Virus genome (UHGV): UHGV-1410950
From: a virus
Length of the DNA: 64,000 nt
Strand: one strand, 5' to 3'
Positions within the stretch are counted from its first letter, which is position 1, and the number at the start of each line of letters is the position of its first letter. Shown here piece by piece: positions 29,281 through 40,300 of this stretch. The translations under genes were made by a program, and so were the position numbers. The notes under the pieces are model-generated. The model had not been told where the DNA came from. It saw only the letters and a program-made list of their open reading frames with translations, and made no database searches.

Positions 29281-29326
29281 AAGAAGTCCATGCGAAAGAA
29301 CCGGCCCAGAAGGGCCGGAAGAGGGA

Positions 29327-32182
29327 TTAATAGAATTTTTTACGCAGAGCCGTGAGCTTTTTCTTGGCCTCTTCGGGATCAGACAGAGCGGACTCCAAAG
29401 CGCTGACTACCGCGTCCAGAATATCGCTGTTTTCATTAATTCCCTTAATAGCCGGGGCAATCATGCTGGTGTAGTTCAGCGACAAGAATGTGCCATCACT
29501 AACCAGTTTGCCATTTTCATAATGCTCCTTTTCGAAAGAGGAAACGGCAATAGGCCAGTGAGGCTCGACGTCCTGGGCAATCAGTCCCATCTGATCAAGG
29601 CCATCCATCTTAAAGGTCACAGTCCTCAAAGAACGAAGGTTATCTCGAGCTTTTCCAAGCGGGGTGATATTACTTTTCAGGTGGATATCCGAACCAAATG
29701 ACGGTTGAGCTACCATCCACGTAGAACCATCGGCGTTAATTCTCAACCCTGATTCCCTGTGGTCGGTAGAGGTACCATTGCTGCGAGAAAAAGTCAGGTT
29801 AAGAAAGTAACCATATCTCCCGTCACGCTGGTTAACAACCTCTAAACCACCACGAGCATATCCGTGCATATGCCCGTTAAAATATGCTCCAGTAGGATCG
29901 CCAGCATCATTCCGGCTAGTTACGCCTACATAGTCATTCTTCCCTTGCAGCAGAAATAAAACCCCATTAACCGTTCCTGAGGTTTTACCATCAATACTGG
30001 TATAACCGGCCTCAGCCTTGCTCACCAATTCACCCTGAGCCTGAGGGAGCGTCCACTTTTTAGTAATTGCAGAACCACCCGACGGCGATACCTGCTCGAT
30101 CTCCGGCGCATAGTTTCCACCGACTACACCAGCAGCACGCAGAGTGACAGCCATGTGATTGACACCGTTGATCTGATAAACAGAGCGAAGGTCTCCACCT
30201 TTCAGCGCCGTATTATTGCTCGGCAGCGCAGTATCGCCATTAATCACACTCCACGACGTATTCGCGGCAACAAATCCACCCGATGCACGAATGACCCAGA
30301 CCCCAACGAAGCTACGGGGCAATACGTCATCCGTGATATTATCACGACCGTAGACACTATCAGAAATGGACGCATCAAGGGACAGTCTGTTTGACGAAGA
30401 CCCTGTTCCGCTAGGAGTATAAACGCTCCCGTTAGCACCATTATAAGTTGTTAAAGAACGCTCACCACCATCTAAACCACCTTCACCACCAGCTATTTTA
30501 ACGCTACCTTTGATGTTTGGTACGGCGGCCTTATACACCAGACCATCCATACCGGAGTTACCACCATCACCACGAGCGAACAGCGCCTTAATTGAGTTGG
30601 ACTGAACACCATTACGGTCAGGTACACGGAAGGTGGTAGAACCATTGCCGAGAGAGTATCTACCACGTTTAGTATGGTCTGCTAACCACTCAGCATCACT
30701 GATAGGTGTAAGCATCTGAGCGTATGCCCAAAGCTCAGGCCAGTCTGCGCGATTCAGCAATTGTCCGTCAGAAACGACTTCGTAAGGCTGAATGAATGCG
30801 CGGCTGTCGCGAAGATGGAAATCACCGACGCCGTAGTTCATCACGCCATTCATGGAGGCACCACCAGCGCCGCCAGAAGCCGAACGTAGCTGTCTCATGG
30901 TTACGGCGTCATAATCACCAACGGCATCGCCGCCCAGTTTCAGCGGGCCAGATAGCCCGGTCATGGAGGTAATGTCGTCATTTACCCCTGATTTTGCGCT
31001 TTTACGCCAGTCCGTGAATACGCTTCCATCATAGCTTCGTGACGCAATACGCCCGCTTTTGGCGATGTAAATCTGCGTAACACCACCAGATACCCCGATT
31101 GGGAATACAATCAGCTGCCCGGTTTCATCAAACGGGAAGTTATTGGCTGCGACAGCGCCAGCAACACTAGTGAGAGATACCACGCCATAATGCGCCGGAA
31201 GGATGCGATCATTCAGGTTGATAACCGTTGTAATGACATCCAGCTGGGCGATGGCTTTCACTTCGGATGCCGCAGGCGGGTTATCGCTGGCATACATCCG
31301 GCGCGGCGTACTCCAGCTGTTACCTGACCGGGTGACGCGGTAGAGCCACGTTGGCGTCGCACCCTCAGAGCCGAAAGTGAACACGGTGGAGGTGCGATCC
31401 TCATTAATGCCTTCGCAGTGGATGCGCCACCCGGTAGCCCCGGCACCAGTGATACCAGCCGGGAATCCGTTCGCTGTAGTAGCGTCTGCGGCTTTCACGC
31501 GCATAGTTTCACCTACGCGCCAAACGTGCGAGGTGATCGTGTCTCCGGTGGCGGCGAAGTCGAAGTAAGGCAGTTTGATGCCCATAAGGCCAGCATAAGC
31601 CGCTGTAAGCACCGCGCCGTCGCTGGTGATGGTTGGGCTGGCGATCTCCTGATCGGTCAGGGAACGGGCGATATTCAGCGCTACGCCTCCGGTCGGCTGA
31701 GCACCGCTGCTGTGTGTCCAGTCGATTGTTGCACCGTTACCCGCGATCAGTAGGCCAGTCCATTTGCGCGGTGCAGTGCTCGGCGCGATGTTAAACCAGA
31801 TCTCATACGTATCAGCTGCGACCTCGACCAGCTTGCCGCCAAGGATGGTCGCTGAATTTACGCCAAGGTTAGTCTGGGCAGTAACGGTGATGCGTGCCGG
31901 ATCACCGACAGTGGTCACAGAGCCGTCGCCTGTCTGCATGACAATGTTGGCGAAGCCAGTACCAGTCACCACCATCAGCGTAATGGCAATTTTGCCCTGC
32001 GCTAGATTGGAGATCTTGCCCATCTTCTGCCAGCTATCTGACGTGATATCCCAGTCAGTGAGCATCACGGCATTTTTATCCAGCATGGTCAGAGCATCGG
32101 TCAGCTTGCCCACATCAATTTTTAACGGGTTGGTCAGGTATGGGACAGGAAGCCCAAGCCGGGGAGTAGTTTTGTCCACCAT
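29327..32182 (-). CDS. Tail fibre/tailspike protein with C-terminal peptidase-S74 intramolecular chaperone domain
   Basis: 951 aa. The C-terminus (DIHLKSNITPLGKARDNLRSLRTVTFKMDGLDQMGLIAQDVEPHWPI) matches the endosialidase-type self-cleaving chaperone. GC drops to about 47% in the distal third (29327-30700). Confidence 0.8.
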   Translation of the reverse strand: MVDKTTPRLGLPVPYLTNPLKIDVGKLTDALTMLDKNAVMLTDWDITSDSWQKMGKISNLAQGKIAITLMVVTGTGFANIVMQTGDGSVTTVGDPARITVTAQTNLGVNSATILGGKLVEVAADTYEIWFNIAPSTAPRKWTGLLIAGNGATIDWTHSSGAQPTGGVALNIARSLTDQEIASPTITSDGAVLTAAYAGLMGIKLPYFDFAATGDTITSHVWRVGETMRVKAADATTANGFPAGITGAGATGWRIHCEGINEDRTSTVFTFGSEGATPTWLYRVTRSGNSWSTPRRMYASDNPPAASEVKAIAQLDVITTVINLNDRILPAHYGVVSLTSVAGAVAANNFPFDETGQLIVFPIGVSGGVTQIYIAKSGRIASRSYDGSVFTDWRKSAKSGVNDDITSMTGLSGPLKLGGDAVGDYDAVTMRQLRSASGGAGGASMNGVMNYGVGDFHLRDSRAFIQPYEVVSDGQLLNRADWPELWAYAQMLTPISDAEWLADHTKRGRYSLGNGSTTFRVPDRNGVQSNSIKALFARGDGGNSGMDGLVYKAAVPNIKGSVKIAGGEGGLDGGERSLTTYNGANGSVYTPSGTGSSSNRLSLDASISDSVYGRDNITDDVLPRSFVGVWVIRASGGFVAANTSWSVINGDTALPSNNTALKGGDLRSVYQINGVNHMAVTLRAAGVVGGNYAPEIEQVSPSGGSAITKKWTLPQAQGELVSKAEAGYTSIDGKTSGTVNGVLFLLQGKNDYVGVTSRNDAGDPTGAYFNGHMHGYARGGLEVVNQRDGRYGYFLNLTFSRSNGTSTDHRESGLRINADGSTWMVAQPSFGSDIHLKSNITPLGKARDNLRSLRTVTFKMDGLDQMGLIAQDVEPHWPIAVSSFEKEHYENGKLVSDGTFLSLNYTSMIAPAIKGINENSDILDAVVSALESALSDPEEAKKKLTALRKKFY

Positions 32183-32270
32183 TTCCGGGATCTCTCTTGT
32201 TCAGGAATAGCTGACATTCTGGAATCACTACGGGGAAATAAAAAGCCCGGACGGTGCCGGGCTGGAAGGT

Positions 32271-32525
32271 TTACCACTTGAATTGTCGCTGCTCGTCCTC
32301 GCAGAGCCCGAACAGCTTATGCACGCCACAGTAAACAGCCCCGGCGACGACGACCACCATCACAAGGCCCATCAGCATGGAACCGAAGCCAAGAGACGCA
32401 AGGCCAGAAGTAATGCCTGCTGCACTCAATCCTGAAACCTTCCCCAGAAGGCTGATCAGCAGGATAGGCGTTCCTGCCGCTGCTGCACCTGCTGTGACTT
32501 GTTTTGCCACTGTGTACCCGTTCAT
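32271..32525 (-). CDS. Small membrane protein (84 aa), holin-like candidate
   Basis: Two to three predicted TM helices (PILLISLLGKVSGLSAAGI...LMGLVMVVVVAGAVY) and a charged C-terminus. Followed by a terminator at about 32231-32255. Confidence 0.4.
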   Translation of the reverse strand: MNGYTVAKQVTAGAAAAGTPILLISLLGKVSGLSAAGITSGLASLGFGSMLMGLVMVVVVAGAVYCGVHKLFGLCEDEQRQFKW

Positions 32526-32953
32526 TACCGCCCCTTTTTATGTGTCGCTGAGCGGTGCTGTCCGCTGTAGCGATGGTTTTCATATGCTGGATCGTCAAAA
32601 AATCCAGCACGCTGAGCACCTTTGCCGGAGTAGGCAGAATAAGGCGGTTTAGGCTGGAGACCTGCCATCACATGCCACACGTCATAACAGGCATCGTGGA
32701 ATTTTTTATCCGTGGTCGAATCTTTGAAATTGCTGTACATCATTTCAGAGACGTACTGCACCAGCATGGCTTGCAGCTCCTCGCGGTTAACGATCACACG
32801 GAACTGATAATCGCGGTAATCGTGCGTGACCACTTCTTTGGTCGGGAAATATTTGCTCAGGTGCTCTTTACGGCGAGCGCGTACTTGGATCACTTCCGGG
32901 TCTTGCTTGTCTACGACAGCTGACAGGAAGCCATCAGATAAAATCAGCCACAT
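32525..32953 (-). CDS. Hypothetical protein (142 aa)
   Basis: ORF-track entry. Its stop overlaps the next gene's start (ATGA-type). No domain recognised. Confidence 0.45.
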   Translation of the reverse strand: MWLILSDGFLSAVVDKQDPEVIQVRARRKEHLSKYFPTKEVVTHDYRDYQFRVIVNREELQAMLVQYVSEMMYSNFKDSTTDKKFHDACYDVWHVMAGLQPKPPYSAYSGKGAQRAGFFDDPAYENHRYSGQHRSATHKKGR

Positions 32954-33014
32954 GGCGTATTCCTCAGGTTGGATTGATTAACGACTGAGATAATACGTCA
33001 TGCGTGCCGTATGG

Positions 33015-33878
33015 TCAATCTTTTTTCTTACCTAAATACGCGTCAAGCACCATTTGGTCGGTCTTCATGTTCATCAGCTCGCGCAGCTTGTCTTTCGGTG
33101 CTAGCTTGACGGCCTGCGTTTCCCAGCCCATTGCCACCGGGGATCCTCCGACGCGCTTCGCCAGATACATGCGAGAAACGGACGTGGTGCGCTCAAAGTC
33201 ACCCAGTACGCCAGTGATCTCGATCTGTAGCCCTGACTCCTCCCATGTCTCTTTTATGGCGTTCTGCTGGAGCGTGAGCCCCGGCTCAGTACCACCCTTC
33301 GGGAAAGTGTTCTGGTAGCCGCCGAAAGCGTTGGTCGGGCTGATAATCCACACGCGACCGTCAGGCTCCTCAATGATGACGCCGGACGCCGGACGCTTCC
33401 CGGCTGGTACCATTAACGGCTGCTCGGTCATCTGTTTGGTACCCTTCACAAAAGCCCATCCCGCGTCGGTCTTCGGTGCTCCAGTCCACGGCGCGACCGG
33501 GACGCCGTTCAGCTCCTGCGGCGCAGCACCATTAGGCGTGAAGGTGGCCACCTCGTTGCTTGCTGCCCACGTTGGCGCTTCGGTCGGCTTACTCGGATGG
33601 TTTACCACGACGCGATTGCCCTTCTCCCCTAAGCGTGGGTGATGGACAATTTTCGTCGGCATTCCTTTGCTGGCGGTCGTCCTGTGCGTGCCGTATGGCG
33701 TTGTGGGCAGCGTTGGTTTGCGGAAATAGGCTTTCTTGGCCTGAGGCTTCGCAGGCGCTTTGGGGGCCGCAGGCGCGTCAGGTTTGGCTGCTGCCTTCCC
33801 GTTGTCGTGCGGCTTCACCCAGACGCCATCGCTCCGGCGATAACCCTTCACCTGCGCTTTCAGGAAAAGTTTAGTCAT
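33015..33878 (-). CDS. Nudix hydrolase with Pro/Ala/Lys-rich N-terminal extension
   Basis: Start ATG at 33878 with a GGAAGG RBS, overlapping the upstream stop (AATGACTAA). Nudix box GGTEPGLTLQQNAIKETWEESGL matches GGxxExGExxxxAAxREx2EExG with Lys in place of Arg. The N-terminus contains AKPDAPAAPKAPAKPQAKK. Confidence 0.65.
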   Translation of the reverse strand: MTKLFLKAQVKGYRRSDGVWVKPHDNGKAAAKPDAPAAPKAPAKPQAKKAYFRKPTLPTTPYGTHRTTASKGMPTKIVHHPRLGEKGNRVVVNHPSKPTEAPTWAASNEVATFTPNGAAPQELNGVPVAPWTGAPKTDAGWAFVKGTKQMTEQPLMVPAGKRPASGVIIEEPDGRVWIISPTNAFGGYQNTFPKGGTEPGLTLQQNAIKETWEESGLQIEITGVLGDFERTTSVSRMYLAKRVGGSPVAMGWETQAVKLAPKDKLRELMNMKTDQMVLDAYLGKKKD

Positions 33879-34353
33879 TGCCTTCCACTCCCAGCATCCA
33901 CTGCGCCATGGATTCGACGCTGTTCTGCACGCGGGCGGCGATCTCAGCATCCTTTCCGCCCTTGTCAAATGCCTGGTAAATACTGATCGCAAAGCGGGCC
34001 ATAGCGTGCGCGACGATCAGCGCGGGATCCGTTTCATCCTTCGCCAGCCCCTTCACGTTCTGAATCCAGCGCGGCAGCGCGAAGTCATTCCAGCCCGGCA
34101 GCACGCTAAAGCCTGCGGTGTTACCCACAAAGATGTTAGCGGTGTTCAGCGCCTGCGCACGGTCGGCCTCCAGCGCTTCTTTCTCAGTCATCTGGTTGGC
34201 CTGCACCTTAGCGATGCGTCCCACGATGTCCTTGGCGAAGTTATTCAGGATGGTGCGTGCCACGTTGATATCGCCCAGATAAACGCTGCCATCAGCAGCG
34301 TTCAGACCTTCGATAAACCACGTTGGATCAGTATGTCGGTTCAATTCAGCCAC
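33871..34353 (-). CDS. Hypothetical protein (160 aa), translationally coupled to the Nudix gene
   Basis: Its stop overlaps the Nudix start. Lies immediately downstream of the giant gene. Confidence 0.45.
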   Translation of the reverse strand: MAELNRHTDPTWFIEGLNAADGSVYLGDINVARTILNNFAKDIVGRIAKVQANQMTEKEALEADRAQALNTANIFVGNTAGFSVLPGWNDFALPRWIQNVKGLAKDETDPALIVAHAMARFAISIYQAFDKGGKDAEIAARVQNSVESMAQWMLGVEGND

Positions 34354-34362
34354 AGAGCCCCC

Positions 34363-37300
34363 TTATACGCTCGGCAGGATGATACATTCCACAACGGTCA
34401 TGCCGCTGCCGCCAAAGCCATCGGCGTCCTTAGTCCCCGATTCGTTCACCTTAGTGATGAGGAGGCGGGTATTAGGTGGCAGGATAATTTCTTTTTCCCC
34501 GGTATGGTGCGAGATAGATCCACCACTCGGAAGCGAGCCAGCGCCCGCATAGATACCTTTTACGCCGGGGCCTGCTGTCATTTTGAGGTGAATATTACCA
34601 CTCCACACGTCTGGACTGATAGACGTGGACATAATTGCAGGCTCCATGATGACCTTGCCTACCGACGCTTTCAGCTTGGAGAGATCACCGCTGCCCAGAC
34701 TGAATTTGCGCCCGAACGTGGTACCCGGCGAAATTTCATGGCCCATACCAGACAGCGCCTGCGCTGCTGCTTTCGCTTCTGCGCTTGGGTTGCCCTTCCA
34801 CAGTCCGCTGTTCATCTGCTTATAACTGCTACCAGTATACGCCTGCACGGCCTGTTTTTGTGTCATCGGCAGCTTTTCCCACACTTCCTGTGCTGCTTTG
34901 GCATAAGTGTTTGTGGTCAGCGTGCCAGCCTTGAACGTGGTTTTAGTAATGCCAAGGTCTTCCGGCTCAACAATCCCCGGATGGCCCAGTACCAGCAGGT
35001 TCCCGATCTTGTCTGCATCGTTACCGCTCCAGTTTTCCGGCTTGTATTCTTCGTGCATCGAATACAGCGGGTGATCGCCGCCGATACGGAACTGCTCGGC
35101 TTCATGCCCGGCAAGCTGGCTCTTAATCTCGTTAATCGCCTGCATCGCGTAGCCTTTGATATGCTGCGATGGGTGATCGAGCACTGGCACCTGTCCGGTA
35201 ACAGCTCCGGTGTCTTTGTCAAAGGTTGGCGCGGTCAGGCCGCGAATGGCTTCCGGGTCTCCGGTCAGCGCCGCAGAATAAATGGCCTGCGCCGCGTCGT
35301 GGTTCCCTTTGTTCAGGAACTCTTTGGAGGACGGGCCGGATTTGCCAACGCCAGACCAGTTGAGGAAGTCAGGCGGGGTACTGATTTTCTCCGGCTTGAA
35401 TTTCTGCATTTTGATGATCTTCTCGGCTTCCGGGTACTTCTCAGCCAGATACTCTTTGCGCTTGATGAGCGTTTCCACCAGCTCCTTTTTCGCCTTATCA
35501 TCGCCCGGCCCATACTGGTTGACCATGTGCGCAATTTTGGCGTCGGAGATAGCCAGTACCTTGGAGACAGACGCGGCGATATCGGCCTCAGTCATGCCAC
35601 CGAAGACGGCTGCGCTGTTCGCGTTCATCTTCGGATCCATCAGTGACTCCAGCTCCTTAACGACAGGGCCAAATTCTTTCTTCGCACCCTGCGCACGGAA
35701 CATCAGCGAGCCGCCCGCATCGACGCGGTGAATGGTGCCGTCATCTTTCAGCTGCACGTTGTCTTTCGCCAGCCCCACGACATCCCAGTTACCCAGCCAC
35801 GCATCAACGGCGAAGCCTTCCAGCATCCCCTTGGCCTTCGCCAGCGCTGCATGGGTTTTGGCCTTCTTGATGTTCTCCCACTTCGAGGCAATAGCCATTT
35901 TCCCGTCCTTGGTGACGATCATGGCGTCCTGCGCGGACAGCCCAGCGGCGCTATACAGTTTCGCTGCCAGCACCTCAGCCTTGGCGTGCTCCTCGTTATC
36001 CGGGAACTTCACATACCATTCCTGCCCATCGGCGTCCTTCATTTTCATGCCTTCATTCGAACCGCCTTGGTTGCCCCCGGTCACTGTCCACTCATCGACG
36101 CTGATCGGCTCTTTCTTCTTCCACTGGTACTTTTTGACCTCCATCGGGCCATCAGCGGCAAGGCCATTCTCTGCCGGGTTGCTGGTCGCGGCGGTAGCCT
36201 TCATCAGCTGCGCGACGCCATTCATAGCATAGGTGCCATTCACCTCAGGGTTATAACCTGACTTAACCTTTATCCCATTAGCCATCAGCATCATCGACGC
36301 ATATTGCGCCAGCGCCTTTTTACCCGGCGCGGTCGGGCCATACTCCGTTGAGACCTTAATTTTCATCCCAAACTCGCCATAAATCAGCATCGAACCATCG
36401 GCTTTCTGCATGATGACGCCTTTGGTGCCGCCGCCTTTGGTCAGCTTGGCTTTGAGGTTATCTACATATTTCATGTAGTGATCCTGCTGCCAAGCGCTCA
36501 GGCCAAGCGCAGCGAAGTCAGGCGCTGGGATCTCGTCAGGATTGGCCCTAACCCAGCGCCCGTTTTTCAGGATCAGCATCCCGTTGGCACCCGGCTTCAT
36601 GTCGCCTTCTTTTGGGCCATCGTCGGCCTTCTTCGCATCTTCTTCGGCTACGGTATTCTTGATAGCCGTCAGGATCCCGTCGATAGCCACAGTGGCAAAA
36701 TCGTTGATGGTCAGCACGCTTTTAATGGTGCTGACTGCATCAACCTTGTCCGGGTTGGCGTCGTAGTATTCCTTGCACGCCACCGATGCTTTGACGACCT
36801 TTTGCAGCCCGCTTTTGGTCTCCGCGATGCTCTTGATGTCGTCCAGCAGTTTCAGGTCAATCATTCCCAGATCCGGCGCGGCAGTTTCCGGTGCTGGCGC
36901 AGGCTCCTCAGCTCCGGTGATCTGATCCTGTACAAAGGTCATGGTGCTGATTGCGTAATCAGTCATGCTCATTTTGACCAGATCGGTTCCCTGATTCGCC
37001 ATCAGCGCATACGCGGATTCTTTGACGCTGTTCAGCACAGCCTCTTTCATTTCCTTCGAGTCGGTGTACTTCGCCAGCATCGCCATCGCTGCCAGACCAT
37101 CCAGTGCATCGGCATCCGCCATGCTATCGCCTTTGTAGCTGGCTTTCGGGATCCCCTGCGGGACGCCGTGCATGTTGATGCTGTCTTTCAGTGTGGACTG
37201 TAGGACAGGGATATGTGACACGTTATCGCCTGCGGCCTTCACGATGTCCTGATAGGTGGCAGGGTTGTCGCCTTTCTTCGCCACGTACTCCTGCACAGCC

Positions 37301-40300
37301 ATCAGCGTTTCGAGGTTGTCTTTGGCGTTGTTGAAGACCAGCCCAAGGTCATACATGTTTTTCGGCTTTTCCGGCGCAGCGGTCAGCTTGCTGATAACCT
37401 CAGCCATGTACTCCTTGTACTTATTACCGTTGATCGTGGTGCCCGGCGTCGCGTTCTGCTCATATTTCATGGCCTCGATGAGCAGCTTTTTGCTGTTCTC
37501 ATCCTTCGCCAGTGTTGCGGCGATGGCGTAGCCCTGAAAATCAGTTGCCTCGGTCGAGTAGAAACCAACATCCGGCTTAATTGGCAGATTGAACGGCTTC
37601 CCGTGCTTCTTAAAGTAATCCTGCCCGATTTCAGACGCGGCGTAGACGTGCCCGCTATTCATTTTCAGGATGTTGTCGATAACGGTCGTGTATGCGCCCT
37701 TATCGCCATTGTTGTCCTTGATGAATTCCAGACCGATAGCACTCGCATCATCGCCGTTAGCGCCAGCCAACGCCTGTTTGAGCGCCACAATCTCGCTGCC
37801 CGCGCTGCCATTTGCTGAGGTCTCAGGCATGTCCTGCTGTAAGATCCAGTGCCCGTTATGGAAGACCAGCGTACCGCCTTTACCCTGCTTGGTATCACCC
37901 TCCTGCGGGCCATCCTCTACCAGCCACTTATTGACCTCCTGCTGGTACAGTTTAACCTGCACAGCAGCTGGCTCGGAAAGGTGAAGCTCGCTCAGCTCAT
38001 TAAAGTGCTTGGCGATCACATCAGGATCCGATTCTTTGCCTTTGTGAATTTCTTCGGCAATGACGTTATAGAGGGTCTGCACTTTCGTGCCATAGGTTTT
38101 CACCGTATCGCTGGTTGGTGATACCAGAGGTTTTTCTGGCTCAGTGCCGTAAGTCTCGCTCCACCATTTCCCGTAGGCTTTCTTACCTGCGATAAAGAAT
38201 TCATTTGCCAGCTCGTTAAAGCCATTGTCCTTCATGGCCTCAGCCATCGCCACCAGATGCGGCGCATCGTGACCGTTAGCCGTCATCCAGTCGCCAGCCA
38301 TCGCATCGGCTTGCTTTTCGTCCTTGGCATCTGTCAGCATGTCAAACGCACTTTCCCACAGAGCGTAATCGTTCAGGATCGCTTTCTTCTCCTGCTTACG
38401 CTCATGCTTAGTGGCAGTCTGCTCGGATTTCGCCGCAGCCTGAGACTTCTCGGCCCATGAATCGTACAGCTTCCCGACGCTGGACTCGGAGAAGGCCAGA
38501 TCGCTACCGTAATAGGTAGACGCCTGCTCAATGAATGCCTCGCCTTTTGTCTTCGCCCACTCGTTGAACTCAGCCACATCGGCAAAATCCGGCAGCTGCG
38601 GCTCAGGGGTTGGCGCACGCTCCTGCTTGATCTGCGGTGGCGTCGGCAGGGATTTCACGGAGATATCGCCCAGCTCTTTCTTGGCGGCGGTCACGGCTTC
38701 GATGATCCACGCGGACAGATCAACCTTCTGGAAGGCATCAATCAGGTTCTGGTCATCACGGATCACTGTCACCATGTCGTTGATGTTGTCCACAGCCAGC
38801 GCCCAGTTACCCGCGTTGAGGTCATTCTGGATGTCCTCACAGATGCCGTCGATAAACGCATCACCAGTCTGCGGAGGATTGGAGAAAGTCTTCACTCCCT
38901 CAGGCTTAGGCGCAGCAGCAAGGCCCAGAGACTCCGCCAGATTGACCGCAGGCTCTTTGCCAGCCATTACCTGCTGGTAAACCTCATTCTGCGTGTTGGA
39001 GAAGCCGGAGATATGGCCCCAGTCGCCCTTCTCGTTAACCCACATACCAGAGCCCGGATTCTTCGGATCCGCGACGATGACTGCGCTGGTATTGGTCGGG
39101 TAAACGCCTGCGTCTGGAGTCGTGGACAGCACGCCATTCCACATGTTCTTGATGACGTTTTGCTGCTTCTTGGTCAGGTGATTCGGCTTGCCCAGCTCCA
39201 CCAGCTCGGTCGGGTACTCGCTATGGTGATAGTCGGAAATGTAGCCCAGATTGTCCGGGGTTTTGGTGTTGCCACCAAAGCCGATCAGTTTCAGGTACTG
39301 GCCCGCTTGGAACGGTTTCGCCAGCGGCTCCCCCTTCTTGCTCATAGGCCATGCGGTCGCGTGCCCCATCAGCACTTTCAGGTACGGGTTGCCGTCCTTG
39401 TCATAGGTCTGGATGATCGAGCCAGCAGGCAGGTTAGGCATGTCAGAGATAGACAGCTTCTGGCCCTTTTTGAACTCACCAGCGACAGGCTGATCCTTGA
39501 GCGGCTCGCCAGTCTCCTGATTGTGCCAGCGACCGTCTTTGAAGACCTGCATCCCGTTTTTGCCCATGCGGGTTTCACCTTCCTGCGGGCCTTCCTCAGC
39601 CCGGACGGCTTTCTGCTGCTCAACCTCGGCGCTGGCCTTCTGATCCTTTTCTGCCTGGCTAAACTGGCCCAGCATTGGATGCACGGCGTCTTTGCCGATG
39701 ACCACTTTGATGTCAGGGTAGCCCAGCGCTGCCAGCGCGTTATTCGCAGCCTTGGCGACTTTGAGCCCGTAGGTGTTTTTGCCGTAGGTCATCGCCAGAA
39801 TGCCGTTGATGTTGCCTACTTCGCCAGCGGCCTTGATAGCGGCGATCTGCGCGTTGTAGCTCTTGGCATTCTTAATGTTCTCCGCGACGGCGAACTGGCT
39901 CCAGTCGATAGCTTCCATGGCCTTCTTCGACACGGATGCTTTCGGGGCTGGCTTGCCTTCGGCGGTGTCCGGCTGCGCCGGGGAGGTAGCGATGATTTCA
40001 ACCGCGCTCAATGGGCTCGGCTCCTCGGACTGCACCAGCGGCTTATTCGGATTCTCACCCGTCAGCAGCGCCAGCTTTTGCCCGTAGAGGTTCAGCAGCT
40101 TTTTGCTGTTCGGGGTGATGCCCTTCCAGCTTTTCGCCTTGCTCTTGATAGCTTCCAGCTCCGCCAGACTGGTGGCGTCGATGACCTTCTGAGCCTGCGC
40201 CTCATACGCGGTGCGCACGCCAGTGGAGTTTTTGCCGGATTCAAATTTAGGCATGACGATTTCGCCTGGCTTCGGTGCTTCGGCAGCAGGTGTTGAGGCT

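Noticed and set aside
34006-35646. 546-aa plus-strand ORF (also 39013-40296, 427 aa, and 35728-36261) inside the giant gene
   Set aside because: Antisense to a continuous 2251-aa minus-strand ORF with recognisable domains. No RBS. The Arg/Leu-rich composition is typical of high-GC antisense frames.
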